Below, piece by piece: positions 1-11,494 of a stretch of DNA of 64,000 nt. A program made the translations under genes and the position numbers. The notes beneath the pieces were generated by a model. The model was given only the letters and a program-made list of their open reading frames with translations, was not told the origin of the DNA and made no database searches. Origin of the DNA: Octopus sinensis. Its lineage: Eukaryota. The stretch lies in contig NC_043000.1 of the NCBI RefSeq assembly GCF_006345805.1, forward strand, positions 36,890,001-36,954,000. The letters run 5' to 3'. Numbering within the stretch: position 1 is the first letter of the stretch; every line of letters begins with the position of its first letter.

Positions 1-75
1 AGTACAGGGGTCGATGTAATCAACTTATCCCCTCACCCGAAAATGCTGGCTTTGCGCCAAAACATGAAATCAATA
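1..75 (+). mobile_element. 3' part of a family B tRNA-derived SINE (tail type ii), cut by the window start
   Basis: ggggtcgatgtaatcaacttatcccctc...gctggctttgcgccaaaa matches the 3' region of other family B copies in the window (e.g. 31790-31843, and 56700-56760 on the minus strand). Confidence 0.75.
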
Positions 76-619
76 TCATGACGTAAAAGTCTCAGTCTAT
101 CAGTTCTGATAAACAAAGGCAAGGGAAGATAACTCATAAATTTAAATTCATTAGAATTGAAATAGCGAATCAACGGGAATCGAGAGATTCTGATTTGAAG
201 CTATGTAGGGGACAACTCTAGGCTTGTTCCAGCCGCGTTAAACTCCTCCCTGACCCGGTTACATTAATACTTACGGGTGTAACAGAAACACGTATTGAAA
301 GTTGATTAATGAACTCATTTGTATGACGAATTAAATGAGTGTTGTCAATCGGAGAGTATTAAGAGATGTCTTCTGCATGAAAATCATATTTAAGTTGGTG
401 GTAACATGATTAAAACAGTGAGCCAAAATATACCGCGGTCTTGCCAAGTCTCATTCACATTCAACTAAAATTTCTTCGACCAAATCGAAACACATTCCTC
501 TACTACTGATCCTTCGGAAACAGATAAGCAACTGAAATTATTAGTTTAGGCAATTACCACACAGACACACACACACACATATCTTATACCCAACCCTACA
601 AATAAAAAAATACAATTAC

Positions 620-2560
620 ACAATGGTTTAGGTCCCCTAACTTGTCCAATGAGAGCTCCACTGCAGTTATTCACGCAAGAAACAGGATCTAGAATACCCC
701 AAAACATTATCAGATTCTCCAACATCTAGTTGTTTACTCAGCAACGCAACTCTTGCAAAATCCCAACCTGAACCATGAAAGATGCCTCCGTACATCGATT
801 ACCCCTGAAGCTACACCACTTCCCAAATTGCAGCTGATCCTTCTGGTCGCTCGCCAAAAGAATCTCCAGCATAATAAAAATCACTTATCCGCTATTTCTC
901 AATGAAGACAGCTCTACAAGTAGAATTTCCGCCGGCGAAACATCCATCCGCTTTCGCTATTTACTTTGCTTCCAACTCCATATGCTCTCAGGGGAAAAAA
1001 AAAAACAAATCACCATAACAATCCTCTCTTTGCACCACCAAGTTCCTCAGCTTGCACAAAAACACATTGTGAAATGACCAACGGTCACTTCAAATCAACA
1101 AGAACACAAGCCTTGACTATATCCCTTCGATTACCCATATCTTGCTCAAGTACTTCAAAATTCTTCAGTCGAGCTCTCTCTCTCTCTCTGCAAGGAATAT
1201 GCGCTGAACTCTGGAAACACGCTACTGTGCATCTTAATCTCCATGAAGGTAACCCCTTTCCGACCCTGCCAACTATTCTTCGCCACACTTCCCGTATCCA
1301 AAAATCCTGGAGATTGCAACTAATAACGACTTTCTTCAGCATTTGGAATCGCTTTCATTGCTTAATGACCACAAGTACAGTTTTCAGAGAGAGTCACATC
1401 CATTGGGAACCTACTCTCTTATATCACTTTCTCATCTGAGACAAATCATGAGAAACCAATATTGACTTGAATATCAAATCTTCCGACGAGATCTGGCATG
1501 AGATTCTTCTATCGAATCTATCCTCCAATGAACTCCATCTGTTTCTTCTTATTTTTATCACTAACTTCATATCCATTCGCCCATTCTGCAGCGTGCCAAA
1601 CGCTAAAGAGAATCAGGTTCCTTCCTCCCACGATTTTCATGTACTTACACTGCTACTTGCAACACCGACCACTGATGCATAAACAAAAGGCAACAATTCA
1701 TTCCCCACTAACCTTCCCTAACAATGCCGAAACCTAGACACCACACGCCAAACCGGCAATCATTCCATGAACGCCGACCTCAAAAGTATCTTCCATTGGG
1801 GCCTTATCAATCTTGTCTGTTTGAGCAACAAAAATACAAGGACTATTCATTCGAAGAAAACATCACCGCAACATTCCCAAAAATTATTTTTGTTAGCAAA
1901 AGCAGGTTCATAGCTAGGAGTGCATCTCAAAGACCGAACCTTCAATTCGCAGCCAGAAGTTAGTCGGGTCCTCAACAATTAATGATACACTACAAAAATC
2001 AGGTGAAGCCCACAATGGAGTCTTAGACTTAAATCTGGGACATCATTGTTTCCGCGCACACAGACATACTAGACCTCATCCAATGAAAGGGTTACTCAAA
2101 AACTTGCACCTGTCTATGGCCCATAGGTATGTTGCCTCTTTTCCACCAGTACTATTATAACCTTCCCTTTTGGGAGCTGGCCCTCCCTCCCCACTCACAT
2201 CTATTCTCCTTTCCTTACTAATGCTGTATCCAACTTCCCACTAAGTCCCTTCCCTAGCTACTACGTCCGCTCATTTCTTCCAAGAACATCATACCACTAA
2301 ATATCTCTGTCTTGCCTTTGTCTTTCCTGTAGCTATCAACTCGTAATAGTTTAAGGAACACATTAATGGCATCGTCAATTTTCTTAGTAGTCGAAGATTT
2401 CCGAAGCCCGTGACCAATGACCATTCTTCTTCTCGACCCAGCAAGAGGACATAACTATCGTTGGAATACATTTGATCACAGTGCGATCCGAGACTAAACA
2501 GCTGTCAACATTCACTGAAGAACGAGGTTGTGGTTTATCCCCTCGTCTGTTCGGATTATG
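620..2560 (-). pseudogene. Heavily decayed putative LINE ORF1 remnant (DUF4283 / zf-CCHC_4-like motifs)
   Basis: Minus-strand frames with many stops give, in order, LVGRF (~1480), ...IVKACVLVDLK*PL (~1120-1078), FIEK*RISDFYYAG (~905-863) and QLQFGKW (~835-815). These resemble the L1 ORF1 motifs LVGRF, ARVxVxVDLxKPL, YERLxxFCYxCG and QxGxW. Confidence 0.35.
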
Positions 2561-2580
2561 CCTGCTTTTGATAAGCATAC

Positions 2581-2967
2581 ATAGGCGCAGGTGTGGCTGT
2601 AGGGTAAGAAACTTAGGAGCTGTGCGGTGCAGGCGTGACCGTGCGGTGCAGGCGTGGTTGTGCGGTGCAGGCGTGGCCGTTCAGAGCAGGCATGGCCGTG
2701 CGGTGCAGGCGTGGTTGTGTAAGCGTGACTGTGCGGTGCGGACATGGATGTGCGGTGCAGGCGTGGCCGTGCGGTGCAGGCGTGGCCGTGCGGTGCAGGC
2801 GTGGCCGTGCAGTGCAGGTGTGGCTGTACGGTAAAGCGTTTGCTTTCCAGCCACATGGTTTTGGGTTCAGTACTTTAGGTTCGGTACTTTGGGTATGTGT
2901 TTTTGACTAGACTCCAGCTTAACCAAAGCCTTGCGAGTGAATTTGATAGACGCAAACTAAAAGAAGT

Positions 2968-3021
<54 letters not shown>

Positions 3022-3240
3022 GTGTGTGTGTGTGTGTGTGTGTGTGACTACCTCCTAACAATCGTTGCTGGTATGTTTATAACTCCGTAACTTAGCGGTT
3101 CGGCAAAAGGCCGATAGAATAAATACCAAGCGTTACAATGAAATAGCAAGTACTACCGTCGATTCGTTCCACTAAAATTCTTCAAGGCAGTGCCCCAGTA
3201 TGGCCGCAGTCTAATGACTAGAACAACTAAAAGACAAAAG
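2581..3240 (+). mobile_element. Composite tRNA-derived SINE (family A/D): head, CORE-like body, internal (TA)n/(TG)n, CR1-type tail
   Basis: Head ggcgcaggtgtggctgt; body aaccaaagccttgcgagtga...aaagaagtcc; microsatellite 2973-3046; 3' part gtaacttagcggttcggcaaaa...ggcagtgccccagtatggccgcagtctaatgact. Homologous to 23125-23400 and 57636-58410. Confidence 0.85.
2622..2826 (+). repeat. 19-bp minisatellite (GTGCGGTGCAGGCGTGGCC)n, about 11 units, inside the SINE head
   Basis: Units start at 2622, 2641, 2660, 2679, 2698, 2717 (short), 2731, 2750, 2769, 2788 and 2807. Confidence 0.9.
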
Positions 3241-3929
3241 CTACCGGTCATAACTCCTCCTTCCTTATTTTTAGATACATTCACGGAAAATATTATCGCA
3301 ATGTGGCCTTCCTTACATGTAAAGCATGAAGTAGTTTGAAAGGACTGTGGGCTATTTCTAGCAATTTGAGCGACCACATACGGATTCCTTTGTAGACTTG
3401 TCTAATATTGTTTGAAAAACTAACAATCATTGGAACAATCAATGCTGGAAGCAGTGGCAAGGGAGGTAACGGCAACGACTAGTCAGTATGTGTGTGTGTG
3501 CGCGCGCGTGCGTGCGTGCATATATATATATATATATATATATGTTTGGATATACACGTGTGGATGGATGAATATAGGTATAGATATGTTTCTTTATTAG
3601 CCACACAGGGCTGCACACAGATAGAACAAATTACAAGGTAGAGCTTTTCTTTTGAAGGTAAAAAAAAGGGGGGGGGTGTTCGATCAAAAGGGATCGTAAA
3701 AGGAGAGAAAGAGGACAAAAAAAAGGGGGGTTAAAAAAGGGGGAGAGGAAAAAAATTTATCAATAGGGATCGTTATGAAGTGTAAAGGGGAGGACAGGTG
3801 AGGTTTACCCGTGGAAAGAAAAGCCTACGGAAAAGACCACGGTAACCTCGGTCAATGAAGTCACGTTATATTTCTTTCTTTTTCTTTTTTTTTTGCAAAT
3901 AAGCAACTCTCTGTATTAATTTTTATGGT

Positions 3930-6005
3930 TCATAGAATCATAGTCAAGGTGGCTTCGTCATTCATACGGGCCATCATTGCTACATTCACCCATCTTTTTT
4001 TAAAACATTCACTAGACAAAACTTGCCTCTCTACTCTCACTTTCCTCCTCAAGTGATACTTGAAGAAGTTGAGAGATTGACCAGAGAGGAAAGTGTTTGT
4101 CTCTAATCCTTTCAGGCGCGTCCACCAGATACATTCTTTTGCCATAGCCACAAGTATGATAAAAATAGCTCTTCCTTCCCGTTTGAAGGAAGGAGGCGTG
4201 ACGATATTAACGATAGACTCGGCTGATAAACCGACACGTCCCACACGTGACAGCAGTCGTTCGACATAAGCCCACAGGTGGGAAATTGCTGGACACTGAA
4301 CGATTGCGTGCAGAGCGGTTTCGTCGCTCTGCCCGCATCTCGGGCAGGTCGGCCCCGTGTTTCTCGAGCCATGCCTATAGAGCTTATCCCGAACGGGTAG
4401 CGCTTCTCGGTAGCACCGCCAGGCCAGGGATCTCTGGAAGTTGTCCATAGGTCCCGGGCCGAAAGTCGTTTGAAACAGGCGGGTCAGGTACTCCTCGTTG
4501 ATGAGAGATTGACCAGAGAGGAAAGTGTTTGTCTCCAATCCTTTCAGACGCGTCTACCAGATACATTCTTTCGCCATAGCCACAAGGATGATGAAACTAG
4601 CTTTTCCTTCCCGTTTGAGGGAAGGAGGCGTGACAATATTGACGATAGACTCAGCTGATAAACCGACTCGTCCCACACGTGACAGCAGTTGTTCGACACA
4701 AGCCCACAGGTCGGAAATTGTTGGACACTGCACGAGTGCGTGCAGAACGGTTTCGTCGCTCTGACCGCATCTCGGGCAGGTCGGCCCCGTGTTTCTCGAG
4801 CTTTGTCTGTAGAGCTTATCCCGAACGGGTAGCGCTTCTCGGTAGCACTGCCAGGCCAAGGATCTCTGGAAGTTGTCCATGGGCCCTGGCCCGAAAGTCG
4901 TCCTGAACAGGCGGGTCAGGTACTCCTCGTCGACGTCCAGGTTCGCCCCGAGCTCGTCGTCGTACCTCCCCTCCACTAATCCCCTATAGAATGCTTTGGT
5001 TGTGTTGAAGTCACTCAAGGTCGACCCGGGACGGCAGAGTTGCTTGAGAGCAACGCGACACTCGCGGTGTCATTCGCCCTTCCTCGGCCTCTTTTTGATC
5101 CACGACTGCAGTTCGGTCATGGAGACGAGCTGCGGGAAAGCGTGCCTCACAAACGGCGACCACACCTGTTCACCGTCGTCTACATAGAGCCAGAGATGTC
5201 GCAGTCTCAGCGCGTGTCTGCGCATCATCAACCACGGCATGCCCAGCCCTCCTTTTAACGGGTGTTGACAGCAAATGGATCGCCTGACCATCGGGACGCA
5301 TCCTTTTCACAAGAAGCGAAAGAGAATGCGTTGTAGTTTGGTGATGGTAGGGTCGGGACATCCTATGCTATCTCTGTCTACTGTCCTACACAGTATCCTA
5401 TCTAGATACGATCTCGACGACCCGATGCGGTTGCTCCATGTCCACGTTGGCGCATTCGGGTGGTCTAGTCGGAACCTGTCAGACAGTTGAAAGCGTCTGA
5501 GCAGGTCTCTGAGGCATTTGCATCCCCGTCTATTCCTATCTCTACCCACGTAGTCTACATGCGTGTCCAAGGTAGCATTCCAATCCCCCACTAAGAGTAA
5601 AGGACGAGACGTTCCCAAGAATACTTCTAGACGTTGAAAGAAATCCGCCCGACCTGTTAAGGGCGGTGCGTAGACTGATACGAGTCGAAAAGCGCACCCA
5701 TTGCTGCCGTCGACATCCAGGACGACCAGTCTACCCTCCGGGTCTACGAATATTGTCCTTACTTTGAGGTCCAGACTCTTGCGAAAAAGTACCGCGGTGC
5801 CACTACCGCCCATTCTCGGCAGACAGGGGGGAAAATAAATGTTGAACTGTCCGCCAAACATGGTCTTTAGGGCCCGCGGATTGTGGAGTCTGGTCTCACT
5901 TATGGCAATAATTTCTAACTTATGTGACTTTATGTCATTTAAGAGGTACCCTTGTTTCCAAGGGGACCCCAAGCCACGCGCATTTACACAACCAATCTTG
6001 ATCAT
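3930..6005 (-). pseudogene. Tx1 ORF2: APE endonuclease fused to the post-RT region, with a duplicated zinc-binding domain
   Basis: APE motifs VNARGL, ISETR, VSVYAP, LVGDWNA and SYLDRI. Then LQRILFRFL..GGLGMP, and CPRCGQSDETxxHAxVQCP twice. No RT core motifs lie in between. Confidence 0.9.
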
Positions 6006-8027
6006 AATCCTAATGAATTAGAATACAAGTGAAAGGAACAGAGGGTTACATACTGCTCGAAAGTTTTTGCTTTCTCCTCCGTTGGTTTGTCCTCGAGGAG
6101 ATCCCAGTACAGTTTCTTTGTGAGATATTTTTGGCATTTACCAACCGCACTGGGGAAAATGCCTTTGAGTGTGTGGTGCAGACTTTTGGAGATGTGTAAT
6201 ATTTTGATGTGGTCTGGTGGTGTTGTGTATGGGTGATTGTTTGTTTTTATGTCATCTTCTGTTATGCTTGTTTTTGATTGGATGTATTCCATCAAATTTG
6301 TGTTTTTGGTGTCTATAGCTGTGAGCATGTTTGCTGTATATATTTTTGTGGTGTTGGTGTGGCTGTTGTTTGTGTTGGGTTTTGAAATGTCTTCGGGAGA
6401 TGTATTTCCCCCTGCTTTGTTCGTGTTTGCATTTGGTTTGGTTGTGTTTCTGCTCTTTATTTTCCTTCTTTTTGTAGCTATTTGCCATTCCTCATTGGTT
6501 TCATCTTCCGACGAAATTTCTGAGGAATCAGTGGGGGGTAGGGGTATGTTGCAGGCTTCTATGTATGTCTGTAAGTGGTTGTGTTGTTGGTTGTTGAGTG
6601 TTTGTGTGTGTTGAGTGCGGTATAAGGGGTGGGGGATCAGTTTTTGTGTGTTTTCCTTGTTTTTCTGTTCCTTTGGTTCCTGCTGTTGTTGGTGGTGTTG
6701 GTATTTTTTCAGGTGTTGAGTGGTTTTTGGTTGATGACGGATTAGCTTGGTGTGCTTCTCTTGTCTTCTGTGTTGATGGTGGTGTGGGTAGTAGAGCTTT
6801 TTTTCCGGAGTGCTTTGGTTGTGGTAGTGGTTGTTGTTGCTATTGGTGTGCTGTGGTTGGGCACGTCTTTTTCAGGTGTGTTTCGCTTCCACACAAATAG
6901 CAGCGTGGTCGCCTGCCCTCTACCACTATATAGAGTTTGTAGCTTCCTGGCAGTTCTATAGTGGTGGGTATCTTCTCTCTTGTTGCTTCATCCAATTGAA
7001 GCAGGAATTCGATTGATTTGCCCACATAGTCTTTCTCTCCTAGAACAGCGATTTCAAGGATGTTTGTCTCTGACATTGTCATTTCAAAGCAGATGGCAGA
7101 GACTAACCATTGTGTTTCGACATCAAGCGGTATATTTTTTATTTGGACTTTTGTGACCCTTTTGTTTAAATAGACTGATATCATTACCAAGTCGTCCGAA
7201 TGCAGCTCCAATGTGGAAAAACGTTTTGCTGAACTTTCGTTGAGGAAACCTACTTGGACTGTGCCAAATTTATTTCCCCAACTGATATATTCCTTGGAGT
7301 CCCATACAGGACGAAGGCATTTTTCGATTTTTTCCTGCGGTGCATTTTCTGTTCTTCTTGTTTTCTTGTTTATTACTTTATAAATTATTGTTTTTTTTTG
7401 TGTGTTTTCCACGATGTGTTGTGGAATGTGAAGGTGCAATTTGTCTCCTTCTTTTGTAAAGAGTGATTTTGTGCGGTTTATTTCCTATGTGGTGAATTTT
7501 ACAATTGTTCTTTTTTGTTTTGTCACATCCGCAAAATTCGTTTTAAATTTGACGGTGTTAGAAGCAGGAGTGTTAGTTGTATCAGTTGAAGTCGTGGTAG
7601 TGGTGTTGGTATTGGCGGTGTTAGCCACAGGAGGGTTAGTAGTAGCATTTGAAGTCGTAGTGGTGGTGTTGGTGTTGGCGGTGTTGTTTTTGGTAGGCGG
7701 CTTTGTGCCCATTTCGTTGTTGTTGTTGGTGGTGGTGGTACTGGCATTCATGTTTTCGTCTGTATTCATTTTTGAAATCCCTTTCTCCGTCCTTTTATCA
7801 TCGACGAGTGGTGTAGGGAGTGAGGGGAAATCTAAGTTAATGTCTTTGGTCGCGGTGATGGTGAATGCGACGTTAGTTTTGTTGTTGTTGGTGGTGGTTG
7901 TGGTGGTGATGGTGGTGACAGCGGTGTTCAAGCTGTGATGTTTAGCAGCTAGTGGTAGCAATAGTGTTTCGCTACCGTTCTGCATGACTGGCGGGCTAGC
8001 CACGTGGTTTCTAGTTGCCATTTTCAA
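6002..8027 (-). pseudogene. Tx1 ORF1 (gag-like): Thr/Asn-rich N-terminus and CCHC knuckle, interrupted by stops and frameshift
   Basis: ORF pieces 7485..8027, 6840..7439 (GRRPRCYLCGSETHLKKTC) and 6002..6328. Its stop overlaps the ORF2 start as ATGA at 6005-6002. Confidence 0.85.
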
Positions 8028-8237
8028 AATGAAAAATGGCTAAAAAACCAACGAAAGTTTTGAAAGTTTCTGGTAATTTCGCCCATACAGGGGCGGAATT
8101 CTACGTGAGTAATTCTCAGGTTTTTTGGTAAATGAACTTGCACAACGATTAAAACAAAATATTTGACAAGGAGTTTTAAACATGTAAAAGTGGCCAACTT
8201 ACGTGGAGCCGATGTGACTAGCGTCCGTCCATGACTG

Positions 8238-8322
8238 TAGATAGATAGATAAATAGAGATAGATAGATAGATAGACAAACAGATAAATAGATAGACAGAC
8301 ATAAATAGATAGACAGACATAA

Positions 8323-8353
<31 letters not shown>

Positions 8354-8490
8354 AATAGATAGACAGACAGATAAATAGATAGACAGACACACAGACATAG
8401 ATAAATAGATAGACAGACAGACAGATATATATATATATATATATATATATAACGAGATAGATATATATAGACAGATATAGATAGATGTAT
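8238..8490. repeat. (GATA)n/(GACA)n/(TA)n compound microsatellite
   Basis: Direct reading. Confidence 0.95.
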
Positions 8491-8930
8491 GTGTGTTTGT
8501 GTAGACGGTGATGAGGGTGATGGTGGAGTCTGAGCTACAGTCGTAAGAACTTTCTAATGAATCAGCCATCCGTAAAAAAAACGGCCACTAAAACCAAAAA
8601 CGACGTAAATATGGAAATAAGAAAAAAACTAACGTAAAATACAAGTAACAAAAGCAAAAGTGAATCTAAAAGCTGAAGCTAAAAGCTAACTGGTCCAGCA
8701 CAAAAGGGGTGGGTGCTATTTTAGATACTTCTGATTACTGGACTGGCCACGTGATCCTGGGTAGAACACAATAAGTGCCGGAGATGCTGTAAATATCCTA
8801 TTATCCCCAAAGTAGCTATTTTGCCACTATTCAATAGAGCAACAGTTCAGCCGTTTTAGCTCACTTTTCGCGATTTGTTCCAATATTCCTCTAGCGGCAG
8901 GCAGCCATAGATTCTACTTATATTGATTGA

Positions 8931-9245
8931 TTGATCTTCAATCATTCATTGCAGCAAGAATTCAACGTAGATTCTTCACACCCCACCATCCCTTCCTTCA
9001 CTGCTTTCATCATCATCATCGCTATCATCATTATCACGAACAACGTCAATGTCACTACCATCATCATTGTTAATATCATCATCATCACCTTCAACAGCAT
9101 TGCCATCAAACACCACTATCGTTATCACCTCATCGGCAACTGTCTCAACACCACTAAGCCCCCGCCACTAACCTCGCCACCATCCTCATCATCCTACCAT
9201 CCTCACCATTATCGACGTCATCACCGACACCTTCAGCATTATCAT
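8931..9245. repeat. Degenerate (CAT)n low-complexity tract, with a (TG)n tract nearby at 9327-9368
   Basis: Direct reading. Confidence 0.85.
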
Positions 9246-9323
9246 CTTTTGCAGTTCTTTCTTCCATCGAGTTTGCTGTAGACACACAAAACACACGTGT
9301 GTGTGTTTTATACGTTTGCGAGC

Positions 9324-9369
<46 letters not shown>

Positions 9370-10129
9370 TACAGAGAGGCATGTGCATGTATAAGTGTTA
9401 AACAGAGGGTATTTTAGCTGATTCAATAAAACTATCTGCATTGACACTCGTGGTATTTGCCTTAGAACAAATCTTTGTAACTATGTGGATGGTAAAAAAG
9501 CACGCGGCCACTGATGAGGTTCCGACATGAGATTGAAACTAGTCCGCTTGTTACCTCTCTCTCGATAAACTGTTTGCAAACCTCTATAGACACTGTTGGC
9601 TAAAGATATTCTGAAGTTGGGTATCAAATCAGAATTAACGAGACGAACATTTTTCTAATGTTATGAAATGAAATATAACCAGACGGTCAAAGAAATTCGG
9701 TTCTGTGGCATTTATAGCTGTTCCCAGAGCATTAGGAACTAAAATAAAACCAGAAGGCAATACATAGATTGACCGAGGGATTTATTTTGGCTGAACAACT
9801 GAAAAGTCATGAATTAATGAAAGATATAAAAAAAAACAATGGATTGGTTTCTCTTATTTTCGCCTTAAAATCCCGACGTTGGATAGGAGTAGGGTGGGGC
9901 AGATGTCAGTTCGGGCTTTGCTCTTGATTGGTAGACATCACCTGTCTTCTGGTTTCACATCAGATTTTAGGCGAGGCTATTCTACCCCAACCATTCAGCC
10001 CAGATCTACAGTCTCAAGATAACGTCTTCCCCCAGTCAGACCCACTCCAGCCAAAGACTAGACCTTTTTAAGCTATTAACTTATATTCAACATTGAATCA
10101 GGACGTTCAATTTGATTCTATTCTTGCGA

Positions 10130-10166
<37 letters not shown>

Positions 10167-10647
10167 GGGGGAGTGTGTGTAAATATACATTAAATCGATA
10201 GAAATAGATCAGATGAAATTAGAAAGAGGCTTCAAGTTCACCAAAGTCAAACATTACCAAAATTATGAATAATTCTTTGCATATTATAGAAGCGAAGAGT
10301 TCAGATTTCAGCAGAGAGTAAGTCGAATATCTTTCTAATTTAGACTGTTACAGTTCATAAAATTATGAAAGCAGATGATTCTATATTTATAGCCAGGATT
10401 AAACCCTTCGATAATTGTGTTCGTTCTACAATGAAATCACCAGTTTCGATTGGTGTTTCACAATAAAAGTGTTTCACATAAAACAACTTAAAGGAAACTT
10501 TACCACCAGCTTCTCAAGATGAGAGCAAACATCTTGTAAAGGATTTAACTATTATAAGCTACAAAATTGTTCTATTTCTGTCAATTTAAAGTCGTCGGTT
10601 CTGATCAAACGCGCTTTGTGTTCCATTTCTACAATTAGATTATAAAC

Positions 10648-10682
<35 letters not shown>

Positions 10683-10949
10683 TGGGGGATAGACATGAAC
10701 TAAGGCTGTAAAGTTTTTCAGTTCATCTGTTCAAGATATTCAAATATAGAATGTACAACATCCCATTCAAATTTGACTGTGAATTCAACCAATGAAAAAG
10801 CTGGAGATCCTAATAATACACAGCGCAACGAAAACGAAGAATAATGGAATATTCTCTACAAGTGTGTACGTGCGTTACTCGAGTTTCACGCCACTACATC
10901 CTTAACGCCAGAATTAACTTCCTTTCGCTTTACGTTTATATAATTAAAG

Positions 10950-11400
10950 TGCCCCAGAGATCGACCACAAAAAAATAGATGACGTGACAGATTTTGATAA
11001 CTGGGATCAACTCCAGAAGCTCAACATCTATTCCCTCTGACATCGCCTTGAGCGTTATATCTTATGAATGATGTGGAAAAGGTTTCACATAATTGCCCAA
11101 ATCATGTTGGCATCAATTTTAGAATTCATCCATGGCTTACTCTCCGAGCCATTTGGTCTTAGCAAAAATCATACTAAGACAGAACAATTTCCCCACAAGC
11201 CCCGGACTCTTTAACATCAGGAAAGAAAAAAAAGATCTCATAAAATTCAAACACTTCCGGTTGGAATATCTCCAACAAATTTCAGATAAACCACTTATAA
11301 CCGGTTATATCTCTGCAGACAGTAACTCGAATGGGCTATGGGTGCCCAAAGAATGAATGTAATATCAAGCATCATTAACTGTCTTTTTTAGGTGGTGCTA
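10950..11400 (+). mobile_element. Decayed CR1-type LINE 3' fragment
   Basis: Translates as DNWDQLQKLNIYSL*HRLERYIL, matching the CR1 C-terminal motif YWERLKxLxLYSLERRRERY seen at 47490-47540. Confidence 0.6.
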
Positions 11401-11451
11401 TTAAGTTAGCCATGACCTGGGCCAATTCTGCCCCAAACTTTTCTAATTTAT

Positions 11452-11494
<43 letters not shown>

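Larger units (their letters stand above)
3587..8237 (-). mobile_element. Near full-length Tx1-clade (L1 group) LINE with the RT domain deleted
   Basis: Contains 5'UTR, ORF1 (8027-6002), ORF2 with APE endonuclease and C-terminal CCHC zinc finger, and a 3'UTR ending ...GGCTAATAAAGAAACA. Flanked by tagata at 3581-3586 and 8238-8243. Confidence 0.9.

Noticed and set aside
2622-2826. CRISPR-like appearance of the 19-bp array (also 28958-29137 and 59641-60210)
   Set aside because: No unique spacers, no cas genes, and a eukaryotic context.
6237-7938. Hydrophobic plus-strand ORFs resembling membrane proteins
   Set aside because: Antisense shadows of the A/C-rich Tx1 ORF1.
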